This document shows positions 1 to 9,842 of a stretch of 64,000 bases of DNA, one piece after another (within the stretch, counting starts at the first letter, position 1; the number at the start of each line of letters is the position of its first letter). Source of the DNA: Candidatus Humimicrobiaceae bacterium (GTDB lineage Bacteria > Patescibacteriota > Minisyncoccia > Minisyncoccales > DG-74-1). Both the position numbers and the translations under genes were made by a program. The notes beneath the pieces were generated by a model that did not search any database, had not been told where the DNA came from, and was given only the letters and a program-made list of their open reading frames with translations. The DNA lies in assembly GCA_035530555.1 (NCBI GenBank), contig DATKUR010000003.1, positions 19,184-83,183 of the forward strand, in the 5' to 3' direction.

Positions 1-289
1 AGATCTACAAGCTTATTCCAATTTGACGATTAGTAGAAAGTATCAATTGGACGGAAATCTTTCTACTTTTAGTCTATTTTGCTTTGATAGTCTTTCTAGA
101 CTTTAAAAAAGAACCATCTATCTCGATAATATGACACCCATTTTTCGCCTATCGAGAATCAGCGAACTGGATGCCGCATTAAGCGTAGGCTAACGCGGGT
201 TTTTGGAATAAGTTGGCACTTATGTCCGTGATAGGCAGTTTTACGAGTTGACCTATCTTGCTCGGCTTGCCTGTCTTGGTTAATTCCCC
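1..289 (-). ncRNA. ssrA: tmRNA; 3' part runs off the left edge of the window
   Basis: Starts GGGGAAT 2 nt after the smpB stop. Pseudoknot-1-like pairings CGAG/CTCG and GATAGG/CCTATC. After ATAAGT, the tag frame 217..179 reads ANLFQKPALAYA-stop. Confidence 0.9.
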
Positions 290-291
290 GT

Positions 292-747
292 CTACTCAAC
301 GCGCCCCCGTTTTAAAGTTCTTTCAATTTCTCTTTCTGTCTCTCGTTTCTTGATTGACTCTCTCTTGTCAGTTTTTTTCTTTCCTCTGGCAATCCCGAGC
401 TCAATTTTTATCTTCCCGTTTTTAGTATACACCTTTAATGGTATCAGGGTCAAGCCTTTTTGTTTTGATTTACCAATTAGATATTTAATCTCTGATTTTT
501 TTAAAAGGAGCTTTCGCGATCTCTCAGGGTCATAATCCGACGGCGCGTTTTTTGGTTGGTAAGCAGGAATTTTAGACCCAATCCAATATATTTCTTCGTT
601 CCGAACTATTACGTATGATCCTGCCAAGTTTACCCCTCTTGTTTTTATCGATTTTACTTCTTGACCAATCAAAACAACTCCCGCCTCGAATTTCTCCAGG
701 ATTTGGTAATTAAAGTAAGCTTTTTTATTCTCTGCTAAAAGTTTCAT
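292..747 (-). CDS. smpB: SsrA-binding protein SmpB
   Basis: ENKKAYFNY, EAGVVLIGQEVKSIK, RKLLLKK and KKTDKRE motifs. Start moved to the ATG at 747 (MKLLAENKK). Confidence 0.96.
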   Translation of the reverse strand: MKLLAENKKAYFNYQILEKFEAGVVLIGQEVKSIKTRGVNLAGSYVIVRNEEIYWIGSKIPAYQPKNAPSDYDPERSRKLLLKKSEIKYLIGKSKQKGLTLIPLKVYTKNGKIKIELGIARGKKKTDKRESIKKRETEREIERTLKRGRVE

Positions 748-786
748 CTCTTTTATTTTAGCAAAAATTAGGATAAAATGAAGGAG

Positions 787-2325
787 ATGGTAAAAGAAAA
801 AATAAAAAATTTGACAGCCAGAGCAGTCAAAAACCTCTATAAAAAGGAGGTAGAAATTGAAGTGGAGCGACCGGTAACAAAAAATTACGGTGATTACACT
901 ACTAATGTTGCAATGGCAATTAAGGAAAATCCCCAAGAGATCGCCAAACAGATAAAATCTACCATTCTAGAGAAGGTAGAAGTAAAGAACGGTTTTATTA
1001 ATTTTTTTCTTTCAAAGGAATATCTACAAGAACAAGTAAAAGAGATTTTAAAAGAAAAAGATAAATTCGGCTGTTTGAAAATTAACAAAGGTAAAAGGGC
1101 TAATCTGGAGTTCATTTCAGCCAATCCTACAGGAGAACTTCATTTAGGACATGGCCGAGGAGCTTTTTTTGGCGACGTTTTAGCTAATATTTTGGAGAAA
1201 TCAGGGGCTAAGGTGATCAAAGAATATTATATTAACGATGCTAAAACCAGCCTTCAGATAAAAGAGTTAGGGAAAACTGCTCTAGGCGAGGGGATCACTT
1301 ACTCTACGGATTATTTAAAAAAGGCGATCAAAAAAATAAAAAATAAAATTGAAAAATCCAGCGGTGAGGGAGAAGCAGGATATTTGTTAGCCCAGTTAGT
1401 TCAAAAAGATATTAGGGGATTTATTGAGGAAAAGCTGAAAATTAGATTTGCTAAATGGGTTTCAGAAGAGAACGATTTATATAAAAAAAGCAAGATAGCT
1501 AAAATTAAAAATTGGCTGACAAAGAAAAGATTAATTTACAAAAAAGAGGGAGCCATTTGGTTAAAAACTTCAAAATACGATGAGACAAAAGATTGGGTGG
1601 TAATTAGGGGGACGGGAGAGCCCACATACTTGCTTTCTGACATTGCCTATCATCAAGATAAATTTGAAAGAAAATTTGATAGAATAATTGATATCTGGGG
1701 CGCCGACCATCAAGGACACGTTGGCAAGATAAAAGCAGTAGCCAAGATGTTGAGATACAAGGGAGACTTAGATATCTTAATTTCTCAGGTTGTCAGACTA
1801 AGAAAAGGAAAGATTTCTAAGAGAAAGGGGCAGGTCGTAACTTTGGAATGGTTAATAAACGAAGTAGGGTTAGACGCAGCAAGATTTTTCTACTTAATGA
1901 AGTCTTTGGATACCCAGGTGGAATTCGATGTGGACTTAGCTAAAGAAAAATCCGTTAAAAGCCCTGTTTATTATATTCAGTATGCCCACGCCAGAATTTG
2001 CAGCATCTTGAGAAAAATTCCCAATCACAAATTTCCAGATTCCAACCTGAAATTATTAGTTCATCATTCAGAACTCAACTTAATTAAGCAGCTAATCAGA
2101 TTGCCGGAAATTATTGAAGAGACTGCCAAAGACTATCAGGTACAGCGATTGCCGCAATATTCAACAGAACTGGCAGCTGCTTTCCATCAATTCTACAGGG
2201 ATTGTCGGGTCCTGACCGAAACCCGTTCTCTGTTAGCTGCTCGTTTAGCTCTGGTTTTAGCTACTAAAATTGTTTTAAATAATACTTTAGATTTAATGGG
2301 AATTTCCGCCCCAGAGAAAATGTAA
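787..2325 (+). CDS. argS: Arginine--tRNA ligase
   Basis: EFISANPTGELHLGHGR, WGADHQG, KISKRKG and YIQYAHARICSI motifs. Start at 787 or 778. Confidence 0.96.
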   Translation: MVKEKIKNLTARAVKNLYKKEVEIEVERPVTKNYGDYTTNVAMAIKENPQEIAKQIKSTILEKVEVKNGFINFFLSKEYLQEQVKEILKEKDKFGCLKINKGKRANLEFISANPTGELHLGHGRGAFFGDVLANILEKSGAKVIKEYYINDAKTSLQIKELGKTALGEGITYSTDYLKKAIKKIKNKIEKSSGEGEAGYLLAQLVQKDIRGFIEEKLKIRFAKWVSEENDLYKKSKIAKIKNWLTKKRLIYKKEGAIWLKTSKYDETKDWVVIRGTGEPTYLLSDIAYHQDKFERKFDRIIDIWGADHQGHVGKIKAVAKMLRYKGDLDILISQVVRLRKGKISKRKGQVVTLEWLINEVGLDAARFFYLMKSLDTQVEFDVDLAKEKSVKSPVYYIQYAHARICSILRKIPNHKFPDSNLKLLVHHSELNLIKQLIRLPEIIEETAKDYQVQRLPQYSTELAAAFHQFYRDCRVLTETRSLLAARLALVLATKIVLNNTLDLMGISAPEKM

Positions 2326-2333
2326 ATAAATTT

Positions 2334-5300
2334 ATGGAGATAAATTTTTCCCAGAAAGAAAAAAAGATATTAAAATTTTGGCGGCAAAATGGAATTTTTA
2401 AGAAATCTATTCAGAAGCGCAAAAAGGCGCCGGATTTTGTATTTTTTGAAGGACCGCCAACCGCTAATGCTAAACCAGGCATCCACCATGTTTTAAGCAG
2501 GGTTTATAAGGATGTTATTTGTAGATACAAAACCATGCAGGGATTTAAAGTTTTAAGGAAGGCTGGTTGGGACACTCATGGGTTGCCAGTTGAATTAGAA
2601 ATTGAGAAGAAATTGGGTTTGAGAAATAAAAAAGATATTGAGAAATACGGCATAGCTAAGTTTAATAAACTATGCAAGCAATCGGTTTGGAATTACAAAA
2701 AAGATTGGGAAAATTTAACTGAAAGAATTGCTTTTTGGCTAGATATGAAAAATCCTTACATTACTTATCAGCCGAATTATATTGAGACAGTTTGGTGGAT
2801 TATCAAACAGATTTGGCAGAAAGGACTTTTATACAAAGACTATAAAGTAGTCCCTTACTGCGCTCGTTGCGGTACAGGCTTATCGAGTCATGAAGTAGCC
2901 TTAGGGTATAAAAGGATAAGAGAACCAGCAATTTATATTAAGTTTCCAGTTTTGAACCCGGAATTTAAGAAAACCTTCCTTTTGGCTTGGACAACTACTC
3001 CCTGGACATTACCGGGGAACGTTGCGGTGGCTGTAAACCCAGAATTTACTTACGTTAAAGTAAAAATCGGTGAAGAATACTTAATTTTGGCTAAAGAAAG
3101 AATGGGGACTTGCGGAGCGGAAGGAGAAACCGTTAAAGAGTTTAAAGGGAGAGACTTGGTTAATTTGAGGTACCAACCGCTCTATCCTTTCAGTGAAGAG
3201 ATTATTAAGGGGGCTTACCGAGTGATTTCGGCTGATTTTGTTTCTTTGGAAGAAGGAACCGGGCTGGTTCATATAGCTCCGGCCTTTGGCGAAGAAGACA
3301 TGATAATAGGCAAGGAGAATCGGTTACCGACCCTCTTAACAGTTGACGAAGAGGGGAAATTTAAATTAGGAGTTAAAAAATGGGCCAGAATGTTTATTAA
3401 AGAAGCTGACCCATTAATAATCGACGATTTAAAAAGCAGAAATCTTCTCTTTAAAAAGGAAATATACGAACACGATTATCCTTTTTGTTGGCGGTGTCAT
3501 TCGCCCTTGTTTTATTATGCCAAAGAATCCTGGTTTATCAGGGTGACTAAGATAAAGAAAAGCTTAATTAAGAATAACCAAAGAATCAACTGGATTCCGG
3601 CTCATTTGAAAAAAGGAAGATTTGGCGAATGGTTAAAGGAAGTCAAGGATTGGGCCCTAACTAGAGAAAGATACTGGGGAACACCTTTGCCAATTTGGCA
3701 ATGTAGAGAATGCGGCTACCTTGAGGTAATTGGCTCAAAGAAAGATTTGGTATCACAAAAATTCAGCGAAAATAAATACTTTCTTTTAAGGCACGGAACG
3801 TATCCTGGTAACTTAGAAGATATCGTCGTTTGTTGGCCAGAAAAAAGGTCCTTTCCCTTGACTAAGGAAGGAGAGAATCAAATCAAGGCGGTTGCCCAAA
3901 AATTAAAGAACGAAAACATTGACTTAATTTTTTCGTCAGACCTTTTGAGAACAAAACAAACTGCTGAAATTATCGGAAAGGAGTTAGGAATAAAGCCGAA
4001 ATTTGATAAAAAACTTAGGGAAATCAGCGTTGGAATTTTAAACGGAAAACCGATTAAAGAAATTGGTAGATTTTGGGACAAAGAAAAAAAGCTCTCTCCC
4101 CTAGAATATTATTCAAGACGTTTTCAGGTTGCCCCTCCGGAAGGGGAAAATTATACCGACATAGAGAGAAGAATGTACCAATTTATAAAGCGGATTGATA
4201 AAAAATACCAAGGAAAAAATATTTTAATTGTTGGTCATCAACGACCCTTAACTTTACTTGAGAAGGCAAACTACGGCTACGATTTAAAACGACTTACAGA
4301 AATTGTCCTTAGGAAAAAAGAAATAAAAACTGGAGAACTGAGAAAGTTTAAGTTCAAGAGCTTGCCTTATAATAAAAAAATGGAGTTAGATTTCCACCGG
4401 CCTTATGTTGACGAAGTAAAGTTTTGTTGCCAAAACTGTAACGCCCTGATGGAGAGAGCTCCTGAGGTTATTGACTGCTGGTTTGATTCCGGAGCTATGC
4501 CCTTCGCTCAATATCACTATCCTTTTGAAAATAAAGCTTTGATTAATAAGAAAATTCAATTCCCAGCTGATTATATTTCAGAAGCAATTGATCAAACTCG
4601 GGGATGGTTCTATACTTTATTAGCTATTTCTTCCCTACTTGAAAAAGGTCCGACCTATAAAAATGTTCTTTCGGTAGGTCACGTCTTGGATGAAAAAGGA
4701 GAAAAAATGTCAAAATCAAAAGGAAACGTGGTTGATCCCTGGTATATTGTTGAAAAATATGGAGCCGACGCCACTCGCTGGTATTTTTACACCGTTAACC
4801 AACCCGGCGACTCTAAGCTTTTTTCAGAAAAAGACGTCGACCAGGCGCTTAAGAAGTTTATTTTGACTTTTTGGAATTGTTTTACCTTTTATAACACTTA
4901 CATTGCGAATATCAGCAGGGGCCAGTTTCCTCTTAAATCAGCTTCTAATGTAGAGACAGATGTTCCCTTATTGGAGCGATGGGCTGTATCAAAATTAAAC
5001 AGGGTTATCCATGAGGTGACCCAAAAACTTGATGAATACGACATAACTGGGGCCGCTAGAATAATTGAAAATTTCGTTATTAATGATTTCTCTTTGTGGT
5101 ACATTAGAAGGTCGCGTAAGCGCTTTGACGAAGCCGCTAACACCTTGCGGTATACACTTTTGACATTAAGTAAGCTAACCGCTCCCTTTATTCCTTTTCT
5201 ATCCGAGGAAATATACCAAAAAATCCAAAATTCCCCGAAGCAGATAAATTTTGCGACGAGGCAGACAAAATCAAAAATTCAAGACTCTGTCCATTTAGAT

Positions 5301-5843
5301 AATTGGCCGAAAGCAAATAAAAAATTGATTAATAGAGTGTTGGAAAAGAAAATGGAGAAGGCGAGAGAAGCGGTGGCTAAAGGTTTAGCTGAGAGGGCTA
5401 AGGTAAAAATTAAAGTTAGGCAGCCATTAGCGAAATTAAAAATTAAAGATTTAAGGTTTAAGCTGGAAGCAGAATTATTAGATTTGATTAAAGAAGAAGT
5501 TAATGTCAAGGAAATAATTTTTGACCCCAAAATTAAAGGAGAGGTAGAACTAGATACTGAAATTACTCCGGAATTGAGAGAAGCAGGAATAATCAGGGAA
5601 GTTATCCGGCAGATTCAAGAAATGAGAAAAATCGCCGGCTTTAGACCAAAAGACAAGATTTCAGTAAATTATTTTGGCCCGGATGAATTAAGTAAAATCT
5701 TGGAGAAAAATAAAAATTTCATTTTTATAGAAGGCAAAATTAGCAATTTTGTACAAAAAGAAAAAGGAAAAGAGGTTTTTGCTGTTGAAAAAGAGGCTAT
5801 GGTCGACCAGCAAAAACTATGGTTAGCAATTAAAAAAAATTAA
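2334..5843 (+). CDS. ileS: Isoleucine--tRNA ligase (type 2) with an inserted histidine-phosphatase domain
   Basis: GPPTAN..PGIHH, GWDTHGLPVE, WTTTPWTLP, DQTRGWF and KMSKS. An RHG-type domain lies between CRECG and CQNC. Confidence 0.95.
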   Translation: MEINFSQKEKKILKFWRQNGIFKKSIQKRKKAPDFVFFEGPPTANAKPGIHHVLSRVYKDVICRYKTMQGFKVLRKAGWDTHGLPVELEIEKKLGLRNKKDIEKYGIAKFNKLCKQSVWNYKKDWENLTERIAFWLDMKNPYITYQPNYIETVWWIIKQIWQKGLLYKDYKVVPYCARCGTGLSSHEVALGYKRIREPAIYIKFPVLNPEFKKTFLLAWTTTPWTLPGNVAVAVNPEFTYVKVKIGEEYLILAKERMGTCGAEGETVKEFKGRDLVNLRYQPLYPFSEEIIKGAYRVISADFVSLEEGTGLVHIAPAFGEEDMIIGKENRLPTLLTVDEEGKFKLGVKKWARMFIKEADPLIIDDLKSRNLLFKKEIYEHDYPFCWRCHSPLFYYAKESWFIRVTKIKKSLIKNNQRINWIPAHLKKGRFGEWLKEVKDWALTRERYWGTPLPIWQCRECGYLEVIGSKKDLVSQKFSENKYFLLRHGTYPGNLEDIVVCWPEKRSFPLTKEGENQIKAVAQKLKNENIDLIFSSDLLRTKQTAEIIGKELGIKPKFDKKLREISVGILNGKPIKEIGRFWDKEKKLSPLEYYSRRFQVAPPEGENYTDIERRMYQFIKRIDKKYQGKNILIVGHQRPLTLLEKANYGYDLKRLTEIVLRKKEIKTGELRKFKFKSLPYNKKMELDFHRPYVDEVKFCCQNCNALMERAPEVIDCWFDSGAMPFAQYHYPFENKALINKKIQFPADYISEAIDQTRGWFYTLLAISSLLEKGPTYKNVLSVGHVLDEKGEKMSKSKGNVVDPWYIVEKYGADATRWYFYTVNQPGDSKLFSEKDVDQALKKFILTFWNCFTFYNTYIANISRGQFPLKSASNVETDVPLLERWAVSKLNRVIHEVTQKLDEYDITGAARIIENFVINDFSLWYIRRSRKRFDEAANTLRYTLLTLSKLTAPFIPFLSEEIYQKIQNSPKQINFATRQTKSKIQDSVHLDNWPKANKKLINRVLEKKMEKAREAVAKGLAERAKVKIKVRQPLAKLKIKDLRFKLEAELLDLIKEEVNVKEIIFDPKIKGEVELDTEITPELREAGIIREVIRQIQEMRKIAGFRPKDKISVNYFGPDELSKILEKNKNFIFIEGKISNFVQKEKGKEVFAVEKEAMVDQQKLWLAIKKN

Positions 5844-5846
5844 AAT

Positions 5847-6236
5847 ATGGCTATTTCCGAAAAACAACAATCATTTATTAAAGAAAATATAGGAAAACAA
5901 GAGAAAGCGTCACCTCCTAAAGAAGAGGAAAAAGACACCTCGCTGTTTAAAGGCAGGCCCTATGTTACTCAAGAAACAGGAAAGCGTTGGGTAAAGGGAA
6001 ACGAAGCATACAACCTTACAAAAATTCCCGAAAAAAGAAGAACTGAAGTATGGGAAAATATTACTAAAGGTACCGATATTCATTTTCAAACGAGTGAAGC
6101 TAAAGAAAAATACAAAGAAATCAAAGAATCATCCCTAGTAAAGGTTAAAGAAAAATATGGAATTAAAAGCGAAGGAGAGAGAAAGGGCATGCTTAAAATG
6201 CTAGAAAAATCTTTAGGAAAATCTCTAAAAAAATAA
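5847..6236 (+). CDS. Hypothetical Lys/Glu-rich protein
   Basis: 129-aa ORF tightly packed between ileS and recO; no motif recognised. Confidence 0.7.
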   Translation: MAISEKQQSFIKENIGKQEKASPPKEEEKDTSLFKGRPYVTQETGKRWVKGNEAYNLTKIPEKRRTEVWENITKGTDIHFQTSEAKEKYKEIKESSLVKVKEKYGIKSEGERKGMLKMLEKSLGKSLKK

Positions 6237-6875
6237 ATGTTCGTCCATTACCGAACCCAGGGATTAATCCTTAAAAAAGAGGATCGGGGCGATGCGGATT
6301 TATTATTTACTATTTACACGAGAGATTTTGGGAAATTAAAGATTTTAGGAAAGGCAATTAGGAAAATTTCTTCAAAATTAAGGGCAGGAGCCGAGATTTT
6401 TTACCTATCGGAAATTGAATTTATTCAAGGGAAAACTTACAAAACTTTAACGGACGCCATCTTAATTGAAAAATTCGCAAATATTAAAACCGATTTAAAA
6501 AGATTAAAAATCGCTTATAAAATTTCTGGGATTTTAGATAATTTGGTTAAAGACCCAGAGTCCGACGAAAAAATTTGGCGTTTATTAAAGGAGACGTTTA
6601 GAAAACTAAATAAATTAGAAACTACTGAGGTAAAATTAGAAATTTTATACTATTATTTCTTTTGGAATCTTGTTTCCTTTCTTGGTTATCAGCCGGAGCT
6701 GTGGACCGACTCTATCTGCGGAAGGCAAATTGACGCCGACCTTGCTAAGATTTTAAAAATTATCATAAAGAACGATTGGCAGGTCTTATTAAAATTGAAA
6801 ATTACGCCTGTCCATCTAAGATTGTTAAAAAATATCTCTCAGTGGTATAATAAAGAGGTATGCGTAATAGACTAG
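6237..6875 (+). CDS. recO: DNA repair protein RecO
   Basis: N-terminal OB-fold pattern (GLILKKEDRGDADLLFTIYTRDFGKL..GKAIRKISSKL) and LGYQPEL. Confidence 0.9.
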   Translation: MFVHYRTQGLILKKEDRGDADLLFTIYTRDFGKLKILGKAIRKISSKLRAGAEIFYLSEIEFIQGKTYKTLTDAILIEKFANIKTDLKRLKIAYKISGILDNLVKDPESDEKIWRLLKETFRKLNKLETTEVKLEILYYYFFWNLVSFLGYQPELWTDSICGRQIDADLAKILKIIIKNDWQVLLKLKITPVHLRLLKNISQWYNKEVCVID

Positions 6876-8512
6876 TTTTAGCAATTATAATTTTAGCTGT
6901 TTTGATGGGTATCATCGGCTATTTGTGGCAAAGACAGGCTTTTTCTAAAGAAGTTTTAAGTCTGGAGATTTTAAGTAAAAGAGAAGTAGAATTTTCAGAA
7001 GAAGTTGAATATGTCGTCAAATATAAGAATAACGGAGCGGTCTGCCTCGAAGAGCCGCGATTGATTTTTGAATATCCGAAACAGGCCCTTGTTTCCGATA
7101 ATAAACCATTGCGGCAGGAAATAGTTTTAGACGATATTTATCCCGGTACGGAAAAAACCACTTCTTTTAAGGCCAGACTGTTGGGCAGAGAAGGAGAAAA
7201 TATAACAGCCAAGGCTAATTTGAGTTATCGGCCAAAAAATTTGACAGCCCGATATGAATCGGAGACCACTTTTACTACAATCATTGACTCGGTCCCTATT
7301 ACCTTTGAACTTGACCTGCCGTCAAAGATTGAATCGACAAAAAACTTTACCTTTAGAATAAATTATTTTTCCAATCTTGATTACCCGCTGACCGACTTAC
7401 GGGTTCAGACTGAATATCCTTCCGAATTTGAATTTATTGAGTCCACTCCCCATTCTTTAGAGAAAAATGAATGGATTATCCCGCTTTTGAATAAAAATCA
7501 GGGGGGAAAGATTGAAATTACCGGCAAAGTTTTCGGTCAAATCAGCGATGCGAGAATCTTTATAGCAAAACTGGGCATTTTCAAAGAAGGAGAGTTTATT
7601 CTGCTAAAAGAAGTGAAAAAAGGACTGGAGATTATAAAGCCATTGATTTATATCAGGCAAGAAATTAACAGAAACCCTCAATATACGGCCCGGCCCGGCG
7701 ATTGGTTGCATTATGAGATTTACTTTAAGAATATTGGCGAAAATATTCTGAATGATATATTTATAATTAGCCAGCTGGAAGGAGAAGCCTTTGACTCAGA
7801 AACCATTAGATCTGATTTGGGGCAAGCTGAGCCTGGTTCAAGCTCCGTAATCTTTGACGGGCGCAAGATTTCTCAGCTTCAATATTTACTGCCGATGGAA
7901 GAAAGAAAAGTTGATTTTTGGATAAAAGTGAAAGACGACTTAGGTCCCGTCGAAAAGCCTATTTTAATAAACAAGATTTCTATCAATGATGTAAGAGAGG
8001 AGTTTATCACCAAAATCAGCTCAAAAGTAGAGATAGCTCAGAAAGGATTTTTTCAGGATGAGGTTTTCGGGAATAGAGGACCAATTCCGCCCCGGGTAGG
8101 CGAAGCCACAACCTATACCATTATCTGGCAAGTAAAAAATTATTATTCCCTGGTAAAAGACATCAAAGTAAAAGCCATTTTGCCCCTGGGAGCTCAGTTA
8201 ACCGGGAAAATTTTTCCCGAAGATGAGACCACGAAATTTTCCTTTGATTCACAATCAAGAGAAATTATCTGGTCGGTTGGTGATCTAGAAAGAGGAAGCG
8301 GTGTCTTTACCCCGAGTAAAAATATTGCTTTTCAGGTTTCTCTTACCCCTAATCAATCTCAGCGAGGCCAGACTCCGAAAATTATTAATACAGCCACAAT
8401 AACTGGCGAAGATAGCTGGACTGATCGAATTCTGGAAGCCACCTCTCCGGCCATAGATACTACTATACCAGATGACGAAACCATAACCGAGGAAATGGGC
8501 AATGTCCAATAA
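6860..8512 (+). CDS. Membrane-anchored extracellular protein with repeated beta-sandwich (DUF11-like) modules
   Basis: One N-terminal TM helix. Repeated Y.V.YKN.G, YEIYFKNIG and YTIIWQVKN patterns. Confidence 0.6.
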   Translation: MRNRLVLAIIILAVLMGIIGYLWQRQAFSKEVLSLEILSKREVEFSEEVEYVVKYKNNGAVCLEEPRLIFEYPKQALVSDNKPLRQEIVLDDIYPGTEKTTSFKARLLGREGENITAKANLSYRPKNLTARYESETTFTTIIDSVPITFELDLPSKIESTKNFTFRINYFSNLDYPLTDLRVQTEYPSEFEFIESTPHSLEKNEWIIPLLNKNQGGKIEITGKVFGQISDARIFIAKLGIFKEGEFILLKEVKKGLEIIKPLIYIRQEINRNPQYTARPGDWLHYEIYFKNIGENILNDIFIISQLEGEAFDSETIRSDLGQAEPGSSSVIFDGRKISQLQYLLPMEERKVDFWIKVKDDLGPVEKPILINKISINDVREEFITKISSKVEIAQKGFFQDEVFGNRGPIPPRVGEATTYTIIWQVKNYYSLVKDIKVKAILPLGAQLTGKIFPEDETTKFSFDSQSREIIWSVGDLERGSGVFTPSKNIAFQVSLTPNQSQRGQTPKIINTATITGEDSWTDRILEATSPAIDTTIPDDETITEEMGNVQ

Positions 8513-9842
8513 CATGGCTGATTTAATGAAGAAAATTGTCTCTTTATGCAAGCGCCGAGGTTTTATTTATCAATCCTCGGAGATTTACGGTGGCGTAGAA
8601 GCCCTCTGGGATTACGGGCCCTTGGGGGCTATTTTAAAAAATAATATCAGGAATCTCTGGCTTAAGAAATTTGTTCAAAGTCGAGAAGATATAGCCTTGA
8701 TGGATGGTACGGTTCTTATGCATCCCAAGACCTGGGAGGCTTCAGGTCACCTTGAAAATTTTACCGATCCTTTAATTGAATGTAAGAAATGTCATAATCG
8801 TTTCAGAGAGGATCAATTGACTAAAAGGGAATGTCCTCAGTGTAAGAGTAAAGAGTTTACCCCAACCAGACAATTTAATTTACTTTTCAAAACTTTTTTG
8901 GGACCGGTGGAAGACAAGACTCATATAACTTACCTAAGGCCAGAAACTGCTCAGTCTATGTTTGCTGATTTTAAACTAATCCAAGAATCTCAGCGTTTAA
9001 AAATTCCTTTTGGTATTGCTCAGGTTGGTCGTTGTTTTAGAAACGAAATTACTACCGGCAACTTTACTTTTCGTTCCCGAGAGTTTGATATTGCCGAAAT
9101 TGAATATTTTGTTGAACCAGGCCAAGACGAAAAACAGTTTAACGTTTGGTTAGATAGTTGGGAAAAATTCTTTTTAGAATTAGGTCTAAAAAAAGAAAAT
9201 CTTAGGCGTCATGAGCATTCCAAGAAGTCTTTGTCTCATTACTCCAAGAGAACAGTTGATATTGAATATAAATTTCCTTTTGGCTGGTCAGAATTAGCTG
9301 GCATAGCCAATCGTACAGATTATGACTTAAAAAGACATAGTCAGTTTTCCGGTGAAGATTTGGAATATTTTAACGAAGAGACAAAAAAGAAATATTATCC
9401 TTATGTTATTGAGCCAACCATGGGAATAGAAAGAGCCCTTTTGGCACTCTTGTGCGATGCTTATGCTGAGATTCAGGGCGGCAGAACAGAAACTACCAAG
9501 GCCACCAAAGAAATTGAGATTATTTTGAAGCTAGATAAAAAAATAGCGCCGATTAAGGTAGTAGTCCTACCTTTAATTAAAAACAAGCCAGAACTGGTTA
9601 AGAAAGCTAAGGAAGTTTTTGAAACTTTAAAGGCTCGTTTTATGGCCCAGTACGATGAAGTGGGTTCAATTGGGAGACGTTACCGCAGACAGGATGAAAT
9701 CGGCACTTTGTTCGCCATTACTATTGACTTCGAAACCTTAGAAAAAGACGATGTAACGGTTCGCGATCGTGACACAATGTCGCAAGAAAGAATAAGAATT
9801 TCAGATTTAACCCAAGTCTTAGAAAAAAAATTGAGCGAGTAA
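8502..9842 (+). CDS. glyQS: Glycine--tRNA ligase, homodimeric (alpha2) type
   Basis: KRRGFIYQSSEIYGG, LRPETAQ, FRNEIT..NFTFRSREF and SIGRRYRRQDEIGT. Confidence 0.95.
   Translation: MSNNMADLMKKIVSLCKRRGFIYQSSEIYGGVEALWDYGPLGAILKNNIRNLWLKKFVQSREDIALMDGTVLMHPKTWEASGHLENFTDPLIECKKCHNRFREDQLTKRECPQCKSKEFTPTRQFNLLFKTFLGPVEDKTHITYLRPETAQSMFADFKLIQESQRLKIPFGIAQVGRCFRNEITTGNFTFRSREFDIAEIEYFVEPGQDEKQFNVWLDSWEKFFLELGLKKENLRRHEHSKKSLSHYSKRTVDIEYKFPFGWSELAGIANRTDYDLKRHSQFSGEDLEYFNEETKKKYYPYVIEPTMGIERALLALLCDAYAEIQGGRTETTKATKEIEIILKLDKKIAPIKVVVLPLIKNKPELVKKAKEVFETLKARFMAQYDEVGSIGRRYRRQDEIGTLFAITIDFETLEKDDVTVRDRDTMSQERIRISDLTQVLEKKLSE

Noticed and set aside
748-936. N-terminal extension of SmpB (214 aa)
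   Set aside because: It overlaps argS on the opposite strand; the SmpB motif starts at 747.
3770-4350. Intein in IleRS
   Set aside because: No intein splice-junction or LAGLIDADG motifs; the insert has histidine-phosphatase motifs instead.
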